64,000 nt of DNA from Candidatus Bathyarchaeota archaeon (GTDB lineage: Archaea > Thermoproteota > Bathyarchaeia > Bathyarchaeales > Bathycorpusculaceae): contig OY969706.1 of the NCBI GenBank assembly GCA_963702095.1, positions 1,920,001 through 1,984,000 of the forward strand, given 5' to 3'. Of the stretch, positions 29,846 to 38,313 are shown piece by piece. Position 1 is the first letter of the stretch. Each line of letters starts with the position of its first letter. Made by a program: the position numbers and the translations under genes. The notes below the pieces were generated by a model, which was given only the letters and a program-made list of their open reading frames with translations, searched no databases and was not told the origin of the DNA.

Positions 29846-30642
29846 CCAGCATAAAAGGAGCCTTCCAGAAAGCCGACGGCGGCTGCCTCATCGGCTACAT
29901 CACCGCAGGCGACCCCTCACCCGAGCAGACGCCCAAAATTGCGGATGCACTCATCAGGGGCGGCGTGGACATTTTGGAGTTGGGGCTGCCGTTTTCTGAT
30001 CCTATTGCGGATGGGCGTACCATTCAAGACGCCAGCCTACGCGCTTTGAACGCAGGCACAACTCCTATGCGGGTGCTTGAGATAGCGGCGGAAATCAAGA
30101 GCCAACATGACATCCCACTGGTGATAATGACTTACTATAACCCCGTGTTCCACTTTGGAGTCGACAAGTACCTTGCAGCAGCCAAAGAGCATGGCGTAGA
30201 CGGCTTCATCGTGCCAGACCTGCCAGTGGAAGAAGCAGACGACTACCGCAAAGCCGCCAAAGCACAGGGCTTAGACACGATTTTTCTTGCGTCCCCAGCC
30301 ACCTCCAAAGAGCGCTTGGTCAAAATCGTGGATGCCTCCTCAGGTTTCCTCTATTTGGTTTCGCGGTTCGGCGTCACCGGCGCACAGAGCAACGTAGAAG
30401 ACTCGACAGTGCAGCTGATAAAAAAGGTGCATCCGTTCACTGAGGGCAAAGTGCCTTTGGCGGTCGGTTTTGGCATTTCCAAGCCTGAGCATGTCAAACG
30501 GGTTATCGCAGCTGGAGCGGACGCAGCCATCGTTGGCAGCGCATTCATTAACATCACCCAAAAACACCAGCGCAACACAGAAGCTGTGCTCAGAGAACTG
30601 CAAATGACTGCCCAAGCGCTTAAGGCAGCCACAAAAATTTAG
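29842..30642 (+). CDS. trpA: Tryptophan synthase alpha chain
   Basis: [36 protein letters not shown]. Confidence 0.96.
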   Translation: MTSIKGAFQKADGGCLIGYITAGDPSPEQTPKIADALIRGGVDILELGLPFSDPIADGRTIQDASLRALNAGTTPMRVLEIAAEIKSQHDIPLVIMTYYNPVFHFGVDKYLAAAKEHGVDGFIVPDLPVEEADDYRKAAKAQGLDTIFLASPATSKERLVKIVDASSGFLYLVSRFGVTGAQSNVEDSTVQLIKKVHPFTEGKVPLAVGFGISKPEHVKRVIAAGADAAIVGSAFINITQKHQRNTEAVLRELQMTAQALKAATKI

Positions 30643-30669
30643 TCCCCTTTTTTAGTAGACTAAAAACTG

Positions 30670-30800
30670 TTCTGCTTGTAGAATTTGCCTCAACCAGCAA
30701 GCAACCCGCTTCCGTTGCAAAACGCAAAACACAGCCGCCAACACAACCCCCGAGAAGAAGATGAGCAAGGGCGGGCCTCTCTTCTTCTAAAACTAGAAAA
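30670..30800 (+). repeat. Dispersed repeat family A, copy 2
   Basis: TTCTGCTTG-N12-CAACCA...GAAGAAGATGAGCAAGGGCGGGCCTCTCTTCTTCT...CTAGAAA, just after trpA. Confidence 0.85.
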
Positions 30801-30829
30801 AAATGATCTGGGTATACTGCGCTTTGGAG

Positions 30830-30940
30830 TTAGCTGTCGTCGTCCCAGCATTCAAGGCACATGCCATCGCAGTTGTCATGGTCCTGTTGAGTTATTTGTC
30901 GGCCACAGGTTTTGCATCTAAGTTTGTTGTTTGTGCTCAT
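30830..30940 (-). CDS. Zinc-finger microprotein (36 aa)
   Basis: Manual translation MSTNNKLRCKTCGRQITQQDHDNCDGMCLECWDDDS with CxxC...CxxC. Confidence 0.55.
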   Translation of the reverse strand: MSTNNKLRCKTCGRQITQQDHDNCDGMCLECWDDDS

Positions 30941-31080
30941 TGCCGTTCATCTGCAACCATGCTACATTTTCTTGCTTAATTAGAATTTTCATCGCCGAAT
31001 GCCAAAAAACCATGATTCAAGCCCAACTCCCGCCCTCCTTTTTTGGCATAAGTTTTATAATTGGACTAATCACTCTATTT

Positions 31081-31404
31081 GCGGCGATGGATCTTAGGCG
31101 GTGGGTTAGGGGTCCATTACTTCCGTAAATCCTCTACATGACGGGCTGACATCGGCAGCTGAGGCGTCAAAGGCCGCTTGGAGTTTCATTTCCGAACCAG
31201 TGACTATCCGTCCTTTGGGGCTGGCGGTCAACGGGCAGTTTCCGTAGGGAAACTGTTTCGTTGTTTAGCAGGCGAACCCGGCTAGGCTCGGGAGAGAGCA
31301 ACCTAAGTTTGGACGTTATGCGCTCAAGGGGGTGCGGGTAAGAGCGTAGGGTTTGAGGTTTCCAGGCGGAGTCTAGGCGTCGAACTGCCGCGGTCCATCG
31401 CTAC
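31081..31404 (+). ncRNA. ffs: Archaeal signal recognition particle (SRP/7S) RNA
   Basis: Terminal helix GCGATGGA/TCCATCGC; helix 6 CAGTTTCC-GTAG-GGAAACTG (GNAR loop); helix 8 AGG-CTC-GGGA-GAG-AGCA (SRP54 site); TTTTATAA TATA box upstream; ~320 nt. Confidence 0.92.
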
Positions 31405-31455
31405 TTCTTTATCTTAACGCCTTATCGAAGTCGGAAAAAAGAGTTAAATTTACAG

Positions 31456-31740
31456 TTGGTAATTACATATCAGGCGATTAATGTGCCTTTAGAAAGCGTC
31501 GTTGAGGACTTTCCGTTATTTAATGAAAAAGAGGAAAAAGAACGTTTTCTTCTTGTTTTAGGTCTTCTTGCATCTCGGACTGTCACGTTTGGTAAAGCTG
31601 CCGAAATTTTGGGCATGTCTCGTTCAGAATTTTCAGCGTTGCTTAAAACTATCGGTTTTAAATACAGTTACTTAGATGAAAAAGAGTTAAGGGAAGAAGT
31701 AAAGGCTAGCAAAGGCTTACTTAAGAAGCGATGCAGTTGA
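31456..31740 (+). CDS. UPF0175 family antitoxin-like HTH protein
   Basis: VTFGKAAEILGMSRSEF motif; overlaps a PIN gene. Confidence 0.85.
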   Translation: MVITYQAINVPLESVVEDFPLFNEKEEKERFLLVLGLLASRTVTFGKAAEILGMSRSEFSALLKTIGFKYSYLDEKELREEVKASKGLLKKRCS

Positions 31741-31916
31741 AGGTTACAGCAGACAGTTCAGTTTTGCTGGCGCTGGGTAAACTTGGTTACCCTAAACTTG
31801 TTAATGAGTTGTTTGACAAGGTTTTCGTGGCTCAATCTGTTTTTGAAGAGATAAGCGGAGGCTTCTGGATTGACACAGAATTATGCCTTAAAATACTCAA
31901 AACAAAACAGAATTAA
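31731..31916 (+). pseudogene. DUF3368-like PIN (VapC) toxin, internally deleted
   Basis: N-terminal ADSSVLLAL...VFEEI joined directly to C-terminal GFWID.EL; only 61 aa. Confidence 0.75.
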
Positions 31917-32007
31917 CCGTTCAATTCTACCATCGCCGCAGTTGAAATTTCAGGAATCACCTAAATACTGAAATCTAACCCATCACACTACTTGGCTGTG
32001 AAGACGC

Positions 32008-32538
32008 GTGGATAAACCTGATTACCTCCTCTGGAGCCGCAAATACGACAAAGCCTACGGTTACCTTGCGCAGCGTGAACGCGAGTTAGGCGCCAAATTC
32101 CGCAAAAACAAAGCCCTCAGCACCAAAGACCTCGAATCAGTCGTGGAATGGAAATTCAAAGATGACCCAGAAAAACTTGCCCGTGCACAGGAGCTGGTTG
32201 CCCGCAACACAGAGGAAAAAGTCCAGCGCATCACCAGCCAAACCCTAAGCATCCCAAACGCCGACGACACTTACCGCCTTAGCTGCCTCACCACACTCGA
32301 AGGCATAACACCTGTCCTTGCCAGCATCATCCTCGCGTTCTTTGACCCGCATAACTACGGCATCTTCGACCAAGCAGTCTGGAAACCACTCCTCGGCAAC
32401 GCCCCATCCGGCCTCTACACACCACAGAACTACGTTCGCCTCTTAACTGCAATGCGCAAAACCGCTGCCAAACATAACCTTGACGCCCGAGTCATCGACA
32501 AAGCACTGTACAGGAAAGCCAAAGACATAGCCAACTAA
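32008..32538 (+). CDS. Hypothetical protein with helix-hairpin-helix (glycosylase-like) motif
   Basis: EWK...LTTLEGITPVLASIILAFFDP..YGIFD. Confidence 0.6.
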   Translation: MDKPDYLLWSRKYDKAYGYLAQRERELGAKFRKNKALSTKDLESVVEWKFKDDPEKLARAQELVARNTEEKVQRITSQTLSIPNADDTYRLSCLTTLEGITPVLASIILAFFDPHNYGIFDQAVWKPLLGNAPSGLYTPQNYVRLLTAMRKTAAKHNLDARVIDKALYRKAKDIAN

Positions 32539-34535
32539 ATCCGTTGAAGGGGCAGAGTTACAAAGAATTTTGTACCCACCCCCACCTTGCTCTCAAAGCT
32601 TATGGTGCCACCCTGCGCTTCCACCAGTCGCTTCACCACCGCCAATCCCAGTCCCTGTCCTTTGGCTTTGGTGGTGAACATGGGCTTGAAAATCTTGGCT
32701 TGAACTTCGGGTGGTATACCGACGCCGGTGTCTGCTACGGTGATGCAGACTGCCCCGTTTTTGGGTCGCGCCGAAATTGTGAGTTCGCCGTCGTTTGGCA
32801 TGGCTTGGATGGCGTTGTTGATGAGGTTGGTTAAGGCTCGCCGTAGAAAGGTTGGGTCAACGTCTATTGTTGGAAGAGCGCTTATGTCGATTGTTAACTT
32901 GATTTCGCTTGGCAACGTGATGGTTTCAAACATCTCGGTGATTAAACATGGCAAGTTTACCTTGTGGTACTCTGGGTTTAGTTGCCTTGAGTAGTCTTGG
33001 AGGTCGGCGACGATTTTGTTAATGTAACCAATGTTCTGCTCTATACTGTCGAGGCTTTCGTTCATCTCCGCTGTTGCCCCAGACTGGGGGAAACCGTTTA
33101 ACTCTGTTTTTATCAGGTACACTTCGCCCGTGAGCGCCTGCAGGGGGTTGCGGATGTCATGCCCCACCATCCCCGCCACCTGCCCAATCGCCGCCAACCG
33201 CTCATACTCAATAAGCTGCTTGGTCCGCTCCTCAACAAGTTCCTCAAGGCGCTTGCTGTACTGCTCAATTTCTTCTCTGTCCCGGGTCCGCTGGGTAATG
33301 TCGCGGACGCCGCCGATGAAAAGCAGGGTTTTGCCGTTTCTATCCTTTAAGGCTTTAGCAGTGTCTTTAACAACGATATAGTTGCCATTTTTATGCATAA
33401 CTCGGTACTGCATGCTGTATCGGTCTATGCTTGGGTTGTTCATAGCTTCATTCCAAGTTGCAACCACACGGGGAGCATCGTCTGGGTGTATGCGGCTTAA
33501 GACCCAATCCAGCGTGCGGTCAACGCCTTGATATTTGAAGCCGACAAGTTCTTCTTCGCCTCTTAAGGTCTGAATTTTTCCTGTTTCAAAATTACATTCA
33601 TAAACCATTATGTTGGCTGCCTCTGCTACAACTCTGAAGCGTTCTTCGCTTTTTTTAAGTGCTTCCTCGGCTTGCCTATGCTCAGTGACGTCCTGGTCGA
33701 CACCCACTACATTTTTTGCTTTACCCAGCGCATCTACTTCTCTAACTTGGCGTTGAGCATTAAGAATCCGAACTGAACCGTCAGGACGGATTATACGGTA
33801 ATCAAAGGTTTCCCGGTGGTTCAGAGATGAATTCAGCATTAGCTGCGCGTTTTTAAATGCGGCATCTCGGTCGTCTGGGTGGATGAAGCTTAGGTATTCT
33901 TCCCAAGTGAAGCCTAAGCGGTGGGCTTGGATTCCGAAGATGTGAAACATACCGGGGGACCATTTAGCCGTTAACTCTGAAACATCAAGTTCCCAACTGC
34001 CAAAATGCGCCACCTCCTCCGCTAAAGCTAGAAGCTTGGTGTTTTCAGCGGATACCTGCGCCGCAAGCCTCTGCTCAGTTACGTCTTGGTCGACGCCCAC
34101 AACAACCTTTAGTTGGCCATCCTCTGTGAGTTCTTTTACTTGCCGCTGAGAATGAATTATGCGCACTGAACCATCCGGTCGGATTATACGGTAATAGAGT
34201 TCTCCCTTCTGGTTTACTTTTGCTTGAATGAAAGCATTTTGCATTTTTTTGATTACTTTTTCTAAGTCGTCAGGATGGATAAAACTTCTGAACTCCTCTA
34301 ATGTTAGCCCCTCAGTTTGCGGTTCCAGTCCAAAAATCCGAAACAACTCTGGAGACCAGATTGCCCTTGGTTTAGTAACGTCCCATTCCCAGCTGCCGAA
34401 ATGCGCCACTTCTTCCGCTAAGGTGAGGAGTTTGATGTGTTGGTCGGTTGCTGGGGGGTCAGGTTGTGTTCTCGTTTTTCTGGATTTCTGTCTATCGGCA
34501 ATTAGAAGATGAAAACTTGTTATGGCGGCCGTCAA
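32535..34535 (-). CDS. Cytoplasmic multi-PAS sensor histidine kinase
   Basis: Three PAS_3 repeats (IHPDD), H-box HDIRNPL, NAIQA, DTGVG, FTTK, GLGL. Confidence 0.93.
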   Translation of the reverse strand: MTAAITSFHLLIADRQKSRKTRTQPDPPATDQHIKLLTLAEEVAHFGSWEWDVTKPRAIWSPELFRIFGLEPQTEGLTLEEFRSFIHPDDLEKVIKKMQNAFIQAKVNQKGELYYRIIRPDGSVRIIHSQRQVKELTEDGQLKVVVGVDQDVTEQRLAAQVSAENTKLLALAEEVAHFGSWELDVSELTAKWSPGMFHIFGIQAHRLGFTWEEYLSFIHPDDRDAAFKNAQLMLNSSLNHRETFDYRIIRPDGSVRILNAQRQVREVDALGKAKNVVGVDQDVTEHRQAEEALKKSEERFRVVAEAANIMVYECNFETGKIQTLRGEEELVGFKYQGVDRTLDWVLSRIHPDDAPRVVATWNEAMNNPSIDRYSMQYRVMHKNGNYIVVKDTAKALKDRNGKTLLFIGGVRDITQRTRDREEIEQYSKRLEELVEERTKQLIEYERLAAIGQVAGMVGHDIRNPLQALTGEVYLIKTELNGFPQSGATAEMNESLDSIEQNIGYINKIVADLQDYSRQLNPEYHKVNLPCLITEMFETITLPSEIKLTIDISALPTIDVDPTFLRRALTNLINNAIQAMPNDGELTISARPKNGAVCITVADTGVGIPPEVQAKIFKPMFTTKAKGQGLGLAVVKRLVEAQGGTISFESKVGVGTKFFVTLPLQRI

Positions 34536-34680
34536 AGACGTTTGCCCGTATATAATTAGACTCGAAGTTAACTAAATAAATTGCCCTTTCTCGTCGTAAG
34601 AGCAATTCGCAGAATCTTGTTTTGCTTCATGGTGGCGCCCACACATTCTTTTATCTCCAAACCCCGCTGTAAATGACGTC

Positions 34681-34827
34681 ATGGTTAAGTGTCAATACTG
34701 TGGGAAACCGCTGGAGCCCGAACGTATCTTGGAGAACAGTGTTTTCCGTCTGGAAGCCTACTGCTGCGACCGCTGTGGAGAAGAATTCAAAATAGCATAC
34801 TATCCCCTGCCCCCTGTTACACTGTAG
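34681..34827 (+). CDS. Zinc-ribbon microprotein (48 aa)
   Basis: Manual translation MVKCQYCGKPLEPERILENSVFRLEAYCCDRCGEEFKIAYYPLPPVTL. Confidence 0.7.
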   Translation: MVKCQYCGKPLEPERILENSVFRLEAYCCDRCGEEFKIAYYPLPPVTL

Positions 34828-34890
34828 TGACACATAACCATATATTTTACCAACCCCAAACCGAAATGCCAAAGGAAGGGATAGGGAGAA

Positions 34891-35013
34891 ATGGCTGTCT
34901 GCCCAAACTGTGGAAAACACCTCACAAAACCCACCAAACAGTTCGAAAACATAGCATTCAAAATCTCCGCTTACACTTGTAGCAACTGCGGAACAACGTT
35001 TAAAACCACTTGA
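34891..35013 (+). CDS. Zinc-ribbon microprotein (40 aa), paralog of the upstream gene
   Basis: Manual translation MAVCPNCGKHLTKPTKQFENIAFKISAYTCSNCGTTFKTT; GGGAG RBS upstream. Confidence 0.7.
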   Translation: MAVCPNCGKHLTKPTKQFENIAFKISAYTCSNCGTTFKTT

Positions 35014-35043
35014 TGATTATTTGCATAAATCTTATGTATTACA

Positions 35044-35379
35044 ATGTATTCTCTAGCTATCGGGGTATACATGACTGAAACCGAACAAACCAGCATAGTC
35101 ACCGTCCGCCTCTCCAAACGCAACCTCAGCAGAATAGAAGCCGTCCAGAAACTCGAAAAAGTCGACCGCAGTACCCTCTTCAAAGAATTCATCGAAGACG
35201 GCCTACGCCAAAGAGTCCTGCGCTTCTACAAAAAAGGCAAACTAACCCAACGATGCGCCGCCGAACTCTTAGGCGTCACCCTGAGAGAATTCCTCGAACT
35301 ACTCGAAGAGGAAGGCATACCGATAAACTGGGATTCCGACAGCATAAAACAGTACATGAAGGAAAAATACGGGGAATAA
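35044..35379 (+). CDS. UPF0175 family antitoxin with RHH-like N-terminus
   Basis: VTVRL...VDRSTL, GKLTQRCAAELLGVTLREFLELL; start probably 35071. Confidence 0.85.
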   Translation: MYSLAIGVYMTETEQTSIVTVRLSKRNLSRIEAVQKLEKVDRSTLFKEFIEDGLRQRVLRFYKKGKLTQRCAAELLGVTLREFLELLEEEGIPINWDSDSIKQYMKEKYGE

Positions 35380-35900
35380 GCCTGCCGCATCGGGTTGTTG
35401 TCGCTGACTCAGGACCGCTTATCCATTTCGCCCAGATAAACAGGCTTGGGATTCTTCAGCAACTTTTCGACTACGTCGAGGTGACAGCAAGAGTCAAAGT
35501 TGAAGTTGTAGATGAAGGCATCAAACGCGGCTGCCCAGATGCAGAAATTGTGGGGCAGGCGTTTAGGGATGGATGGCTTAAAGTGGAAACCCTATCTACA
35601 ACCCAATTAAAGCAAGCCCAAAAATTATCGGAGGGCGAAGGCATTTCACTGGCTGACGCTGAAGTAATCCTCTTGTCCGAGAAGAAAAAAGCATTGTTTC
35701 TCTCAGATGACACAGCCCTTTCAGTGATAGCCACAATGTATGGCTTGAAAACCTGGGACACTTGGAATTTGCTTCTTGAAGCTTCAAGCAAAAACTTGAT
35801 TACCGTACCCCAAATTGAAGAAGCAACAAGAAAATTCTACCAAAAACTTCAGAAGCGCAGCAAAGAAGCTAAGAATACCCAGAAAAACTGGTGCCCTTAG
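35376..35900 (+). CDS. DUF3368-like PIN (VapC) toxin
   Basis: VVADSGPLI, EV, ADAEVI, LSDD acidic PIN residues; start uncertain and C-terminus looks divergent. Confidence 0.8.
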   Translation: MSLPHRVVVADSGPLIHFAQINRLGILQQLFDYVEVTARVKVEVVDEGIKRGCPDAEIVGQAFRDGWLKVETLSTTQLKQAQKLSEGEGISLADAEVILLSEKKKALFLSDDTALSVIATMYGLKTWDTWNLLLEASSKNLITVPQIEEATRKFYQKLQKRSKEAKNTQKNWCP

Positions 35901-35969
35901 ACGACATTTAGAAATCGCAGCCTGCCTGCTCCAATTAACAAAACACACAACAGAAAGCTAACTGCTGAA

Positions 35970-36413
35970 TTAACTTGTTGGTTCATCAGTTATGTAGGCT
36001 TTCTCTTCCCGTTTATCGTAGATGAGCGCGTAGTGGTTTAGGATGTCTCTTCCGAGGATACTTGGAATTCTTAGAATACGCTCGTTTAACTGCGGATGCT
36101 TAACTACGCAGATTTTTTCAAGCGTTTCCTCATGGGTTTTTCTGCGTCCTTGGTTAAATGTGAATTTGACGTCTTTTAAGTTGTATGTGTCCACGGTTCC
36201 GCCGATGCCCAACATGCCCTCACCGAGCTTCTCAAGCGCCAAATAATCAATGCCTAACCTAACTGCATCTTTATCGCTGATGGTTGTTCTTGTAGCTCCA
36301 GTGTCCACCAAAAACTCCACTGTGGCGTAAACATGCAGGGTCTGCGATTCAAGTATGGCGGCGACATAGGCTGCTTCAAGGGGTCCGGGCTTGAAAAAGC
36401 AGGGAATCCGCAA
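35970..36413 (-). CDS. Retropepsin-like (clan AA) aspartic protease
   Basis: FLVDTGAT catalytic motif, GIGG flap, ILGRDIL. Confidence 0.88.
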   Translation of the reverse strand: MRIPCFFKPGPLEAAYVAAILESQTLHVYATVEFLVDTGATRTTISDKDAVRLGIDYLALEKLGEGMLGIGGTVDTYNLKDVKFTFNQGRRKTHEETLEKICVVKHPQLNERILRIPSILGRDILNHYALIYDKREEKAYITDEPTS

Positions 36414-36423
36414 ACCGCTGCCC

Positions 36424-36675
36424 CTAAAGAATTAAATCCAACTCTTTAGAAGTCACATACTCAACGGTGATTTGACTGTAAACCCCAGCGTACTTCTTTT
36501 GAAGACGCTTAACAAGCTTGGATAGGTCGCTATCGTGGTCTACTACTGTTTTTTCTAAAACTGCTACCCATTGATCATTAAACTCTTTCCGCAAACTCTT
36601 CAAGTTAGCGGAGAGCCACTTAGCATTTTCTTCATAACTTAAAAGCACCGAAACAGCAGACACCATTCGAACCAT
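36424..36675 (-). CDS. DUF5678-like small protein
   Basis: W...N...LRKEF..QWVAV....VVDHD.D pattern, directly upstream of the retropepsin. Confidence 0.75.
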   Translation of the reverse strand: MVRMVSAVSVLLSYEENAKWLSANLKSLRKEFNDQWVAVLEKTVVDHDSDLSKLVKRLQKKYAGVYSQITVEYVTSKELDLIL

Positions 36676-36956
36676 CCGAATAACACAAGGGGGTATAACT
36701 CTTAAAACATTTTCCTAAAGATGCCTGTCACCAATTGACTGCCTAACTCACAACAAAACACCTCTGAAAACGGGAGCGGTTGGTTTGCACAAAATAGAAA
36801 AGAAAGAGCCTCTATTATGATTGTCACAAAACTTTTTCTAAACTCAATCAAGGGCTGACAAACAGTGACCGAAAAAAAGAAACCGCCTCAAAAACGCAAC
36901 TAGATAAACTCAGCCAAGAAGCAGACCATCCAGAAAACTTCATACCGCTAGAAGAC

Positions 36957-37220
36957 TTGCTAAAAAAATATCCCATCCCAGAGCAAACCGACGAAGCCCT
37001 CGACTACGAAAAGCGTCCGCCAAAACACTGCCCAAACTGTGGCTCAACGAACATAGACAACCAAGAATTAGAATCACGCCAACCCACCTCCGAACTCTAT
37101 GACACCTACTGCAAAGACTGCCAATGGAGCGGCGACATCTCACCAGACATACCATCCACTATTTCAGGGGCAAAACAGAAAAGAAAGAAAAACCGTAGTA
37201 GTGATAGTAATAGCCGATGA
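36957..37220 (+). CDS. Zinc-ribbon protein
   Basis: CPNCGS...CKDC; the reading frame is open further upstream (LSQEADHPENFIPLEDL). Confidence 0.6.
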   Translation: MLKKYPIPEQTDEALDYEKRPPKHCPNCGSTNIDNQELESRQPTSELYDTYCKDCQWSGDISPDIPSTISGAKQKRKKNRSSDSNSR

Positions 37221-37515
37221 AGAACCTAAAAGAAATCACATCCACCATAGAAACGCTCAAGCCACTGCTTAGTGAGCGATATGGAGTGGAAACCATAGGC
37301 GTATTTGGCTCATACAGACGAGGAGAACAAACCCAAAAAAGGACATAGACATCCTCGTCACCTTCAAAGAAGAGGATTACCCGGGGCTGTTTGAGTTTAT
37401 GGCTTTGGAAGAATTCCTATCAGAAAAGCTAGGGTCAAAAGTGGATTTAGTATCAAAAGGAGCCCTAAAGCCCCATATTGGTAGAGGCATCCTTGACGAA
37501 GTCGTCATGGTATGA
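37217..37515 (+). pseudogene. Minimal nucleotidyltransferase (MNT/MntA antitoxin), frameshift near 37340
   Basis: IGVFGSYRRGEQ followed in another frame by DIDILV...LEEFLSEKLGSKVDLV. Confidence 0.85.
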
Positions 37516-37601
37516 AGAACCGCGACTACTGATTTCCTGCATGATATTTTATGCGCAAAACTTAAGTGCAATGTAAACACATCTGTTTACGGTGCAACTA
37601 A

Positions 37602-37820
37602 ATGGCCCAAGTGCAACTTAGGCTTCCCGAAAAAACTCTCGAACAAATCGACCAATGGGTAGCTGAAGGCAAATTCAAAAGCCGCAGCGATGCCATAAAA
37701 ACAATAATCAGCCTCTACGAAGAAAAAGAAAAAACTCTCCGATTCTATGAAATGCTACAAAAGGAAAGCAAAGAAGCCAAAGAACACCCAGAAACACTTA
37801 TCCTCCTAGAGGACCTCTAA
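37602..37820 (+). CDS. Ribbon-helix-helix antitoxin
   Basis: VQLRLPE...IDQWVAEGKFKSRSDAIK. Confidence 0.88.
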   Translation: MAQVQLRLPEKTLEQIDQWVAEGKFKSRSDAIKTIISLYEEKEKTLRFYEMLQKESKEAKEHPETLILLEDL

Positions 37821-37821
37821 C

Positions 37822-38088
37822 GTGTATAATGTGCTTTTGCGCCCTAAAGCTGCGAAGGCACTGCAACAACTCGACCAAACCAATAGGGAACGGATAAAAA
37901 ACGCGCTCAGACAAGTTGCAGACGACCCCTACCAAACCGGAGAACCACTACACCCCTCAGATTTCTGGAAAATAAAAGCAGGCGACTACCGAGCCATCTA
38001 CCAGATTGACGATGACAAAAAAGAGGTAATCGTGCTTTTTGTGGGGCATCGCAAAAATGTGTACGACAACCTCTCAAACGTAATCTAA
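37822..38088 (+). CDS. RelE/ParE family toxin
   Basis: YNVLL...A.KAL..LD, GDYRAIYQID, VGHRKNVY. Confidence 0.9.
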   Translation: MYNVLLRPKAAKALQQLDQTNRERIKNALRQVADDPYQTGEPLHPSDFWKIKAGDYRAIYQIDDDKKEVIVLFVGHRKNVYDNLSNVI

Positions 38089-38313
38089 CATGTTATAGAC
38101 TATGACATGGCTGGAAGGCAACCAATCCTGCGGCTACTTCGGAATCGACACAGACACCATCTACAAAGCAGCCAAAGAAAATCTTCAACCACTAAAAAAC
38201 CAAAATCTAAAAAATATTAAAAGAACAAGAAACAATAACCCCTATATTCTAAAGTCTCTGCCCCGCCCGCCCAACCATAAAACACACAATAAAAGAGTGC
38301 GACTACAACAAAC

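Larger units (their letters stand above)
37512..38210 (+). pseudogene. HEPN (DUF86/HepT) toxin remnants split by an inserted RHH-RelE pair
   Basis: N-terminal MKNRDY.DFLHDIL at 37512-37555 overlapping the MNT stop; C-terminal GYFGIDTDTIYKAAKENLQPLK at ~38130-38200. Confidence 0.65.

Noticed and set aside
32535-34535. Internal DNA duplication in the kinase gene (LLxLAEEVAHFGSWE twice)
   Set aside because: Ordinary tandem PAS-domain duplication
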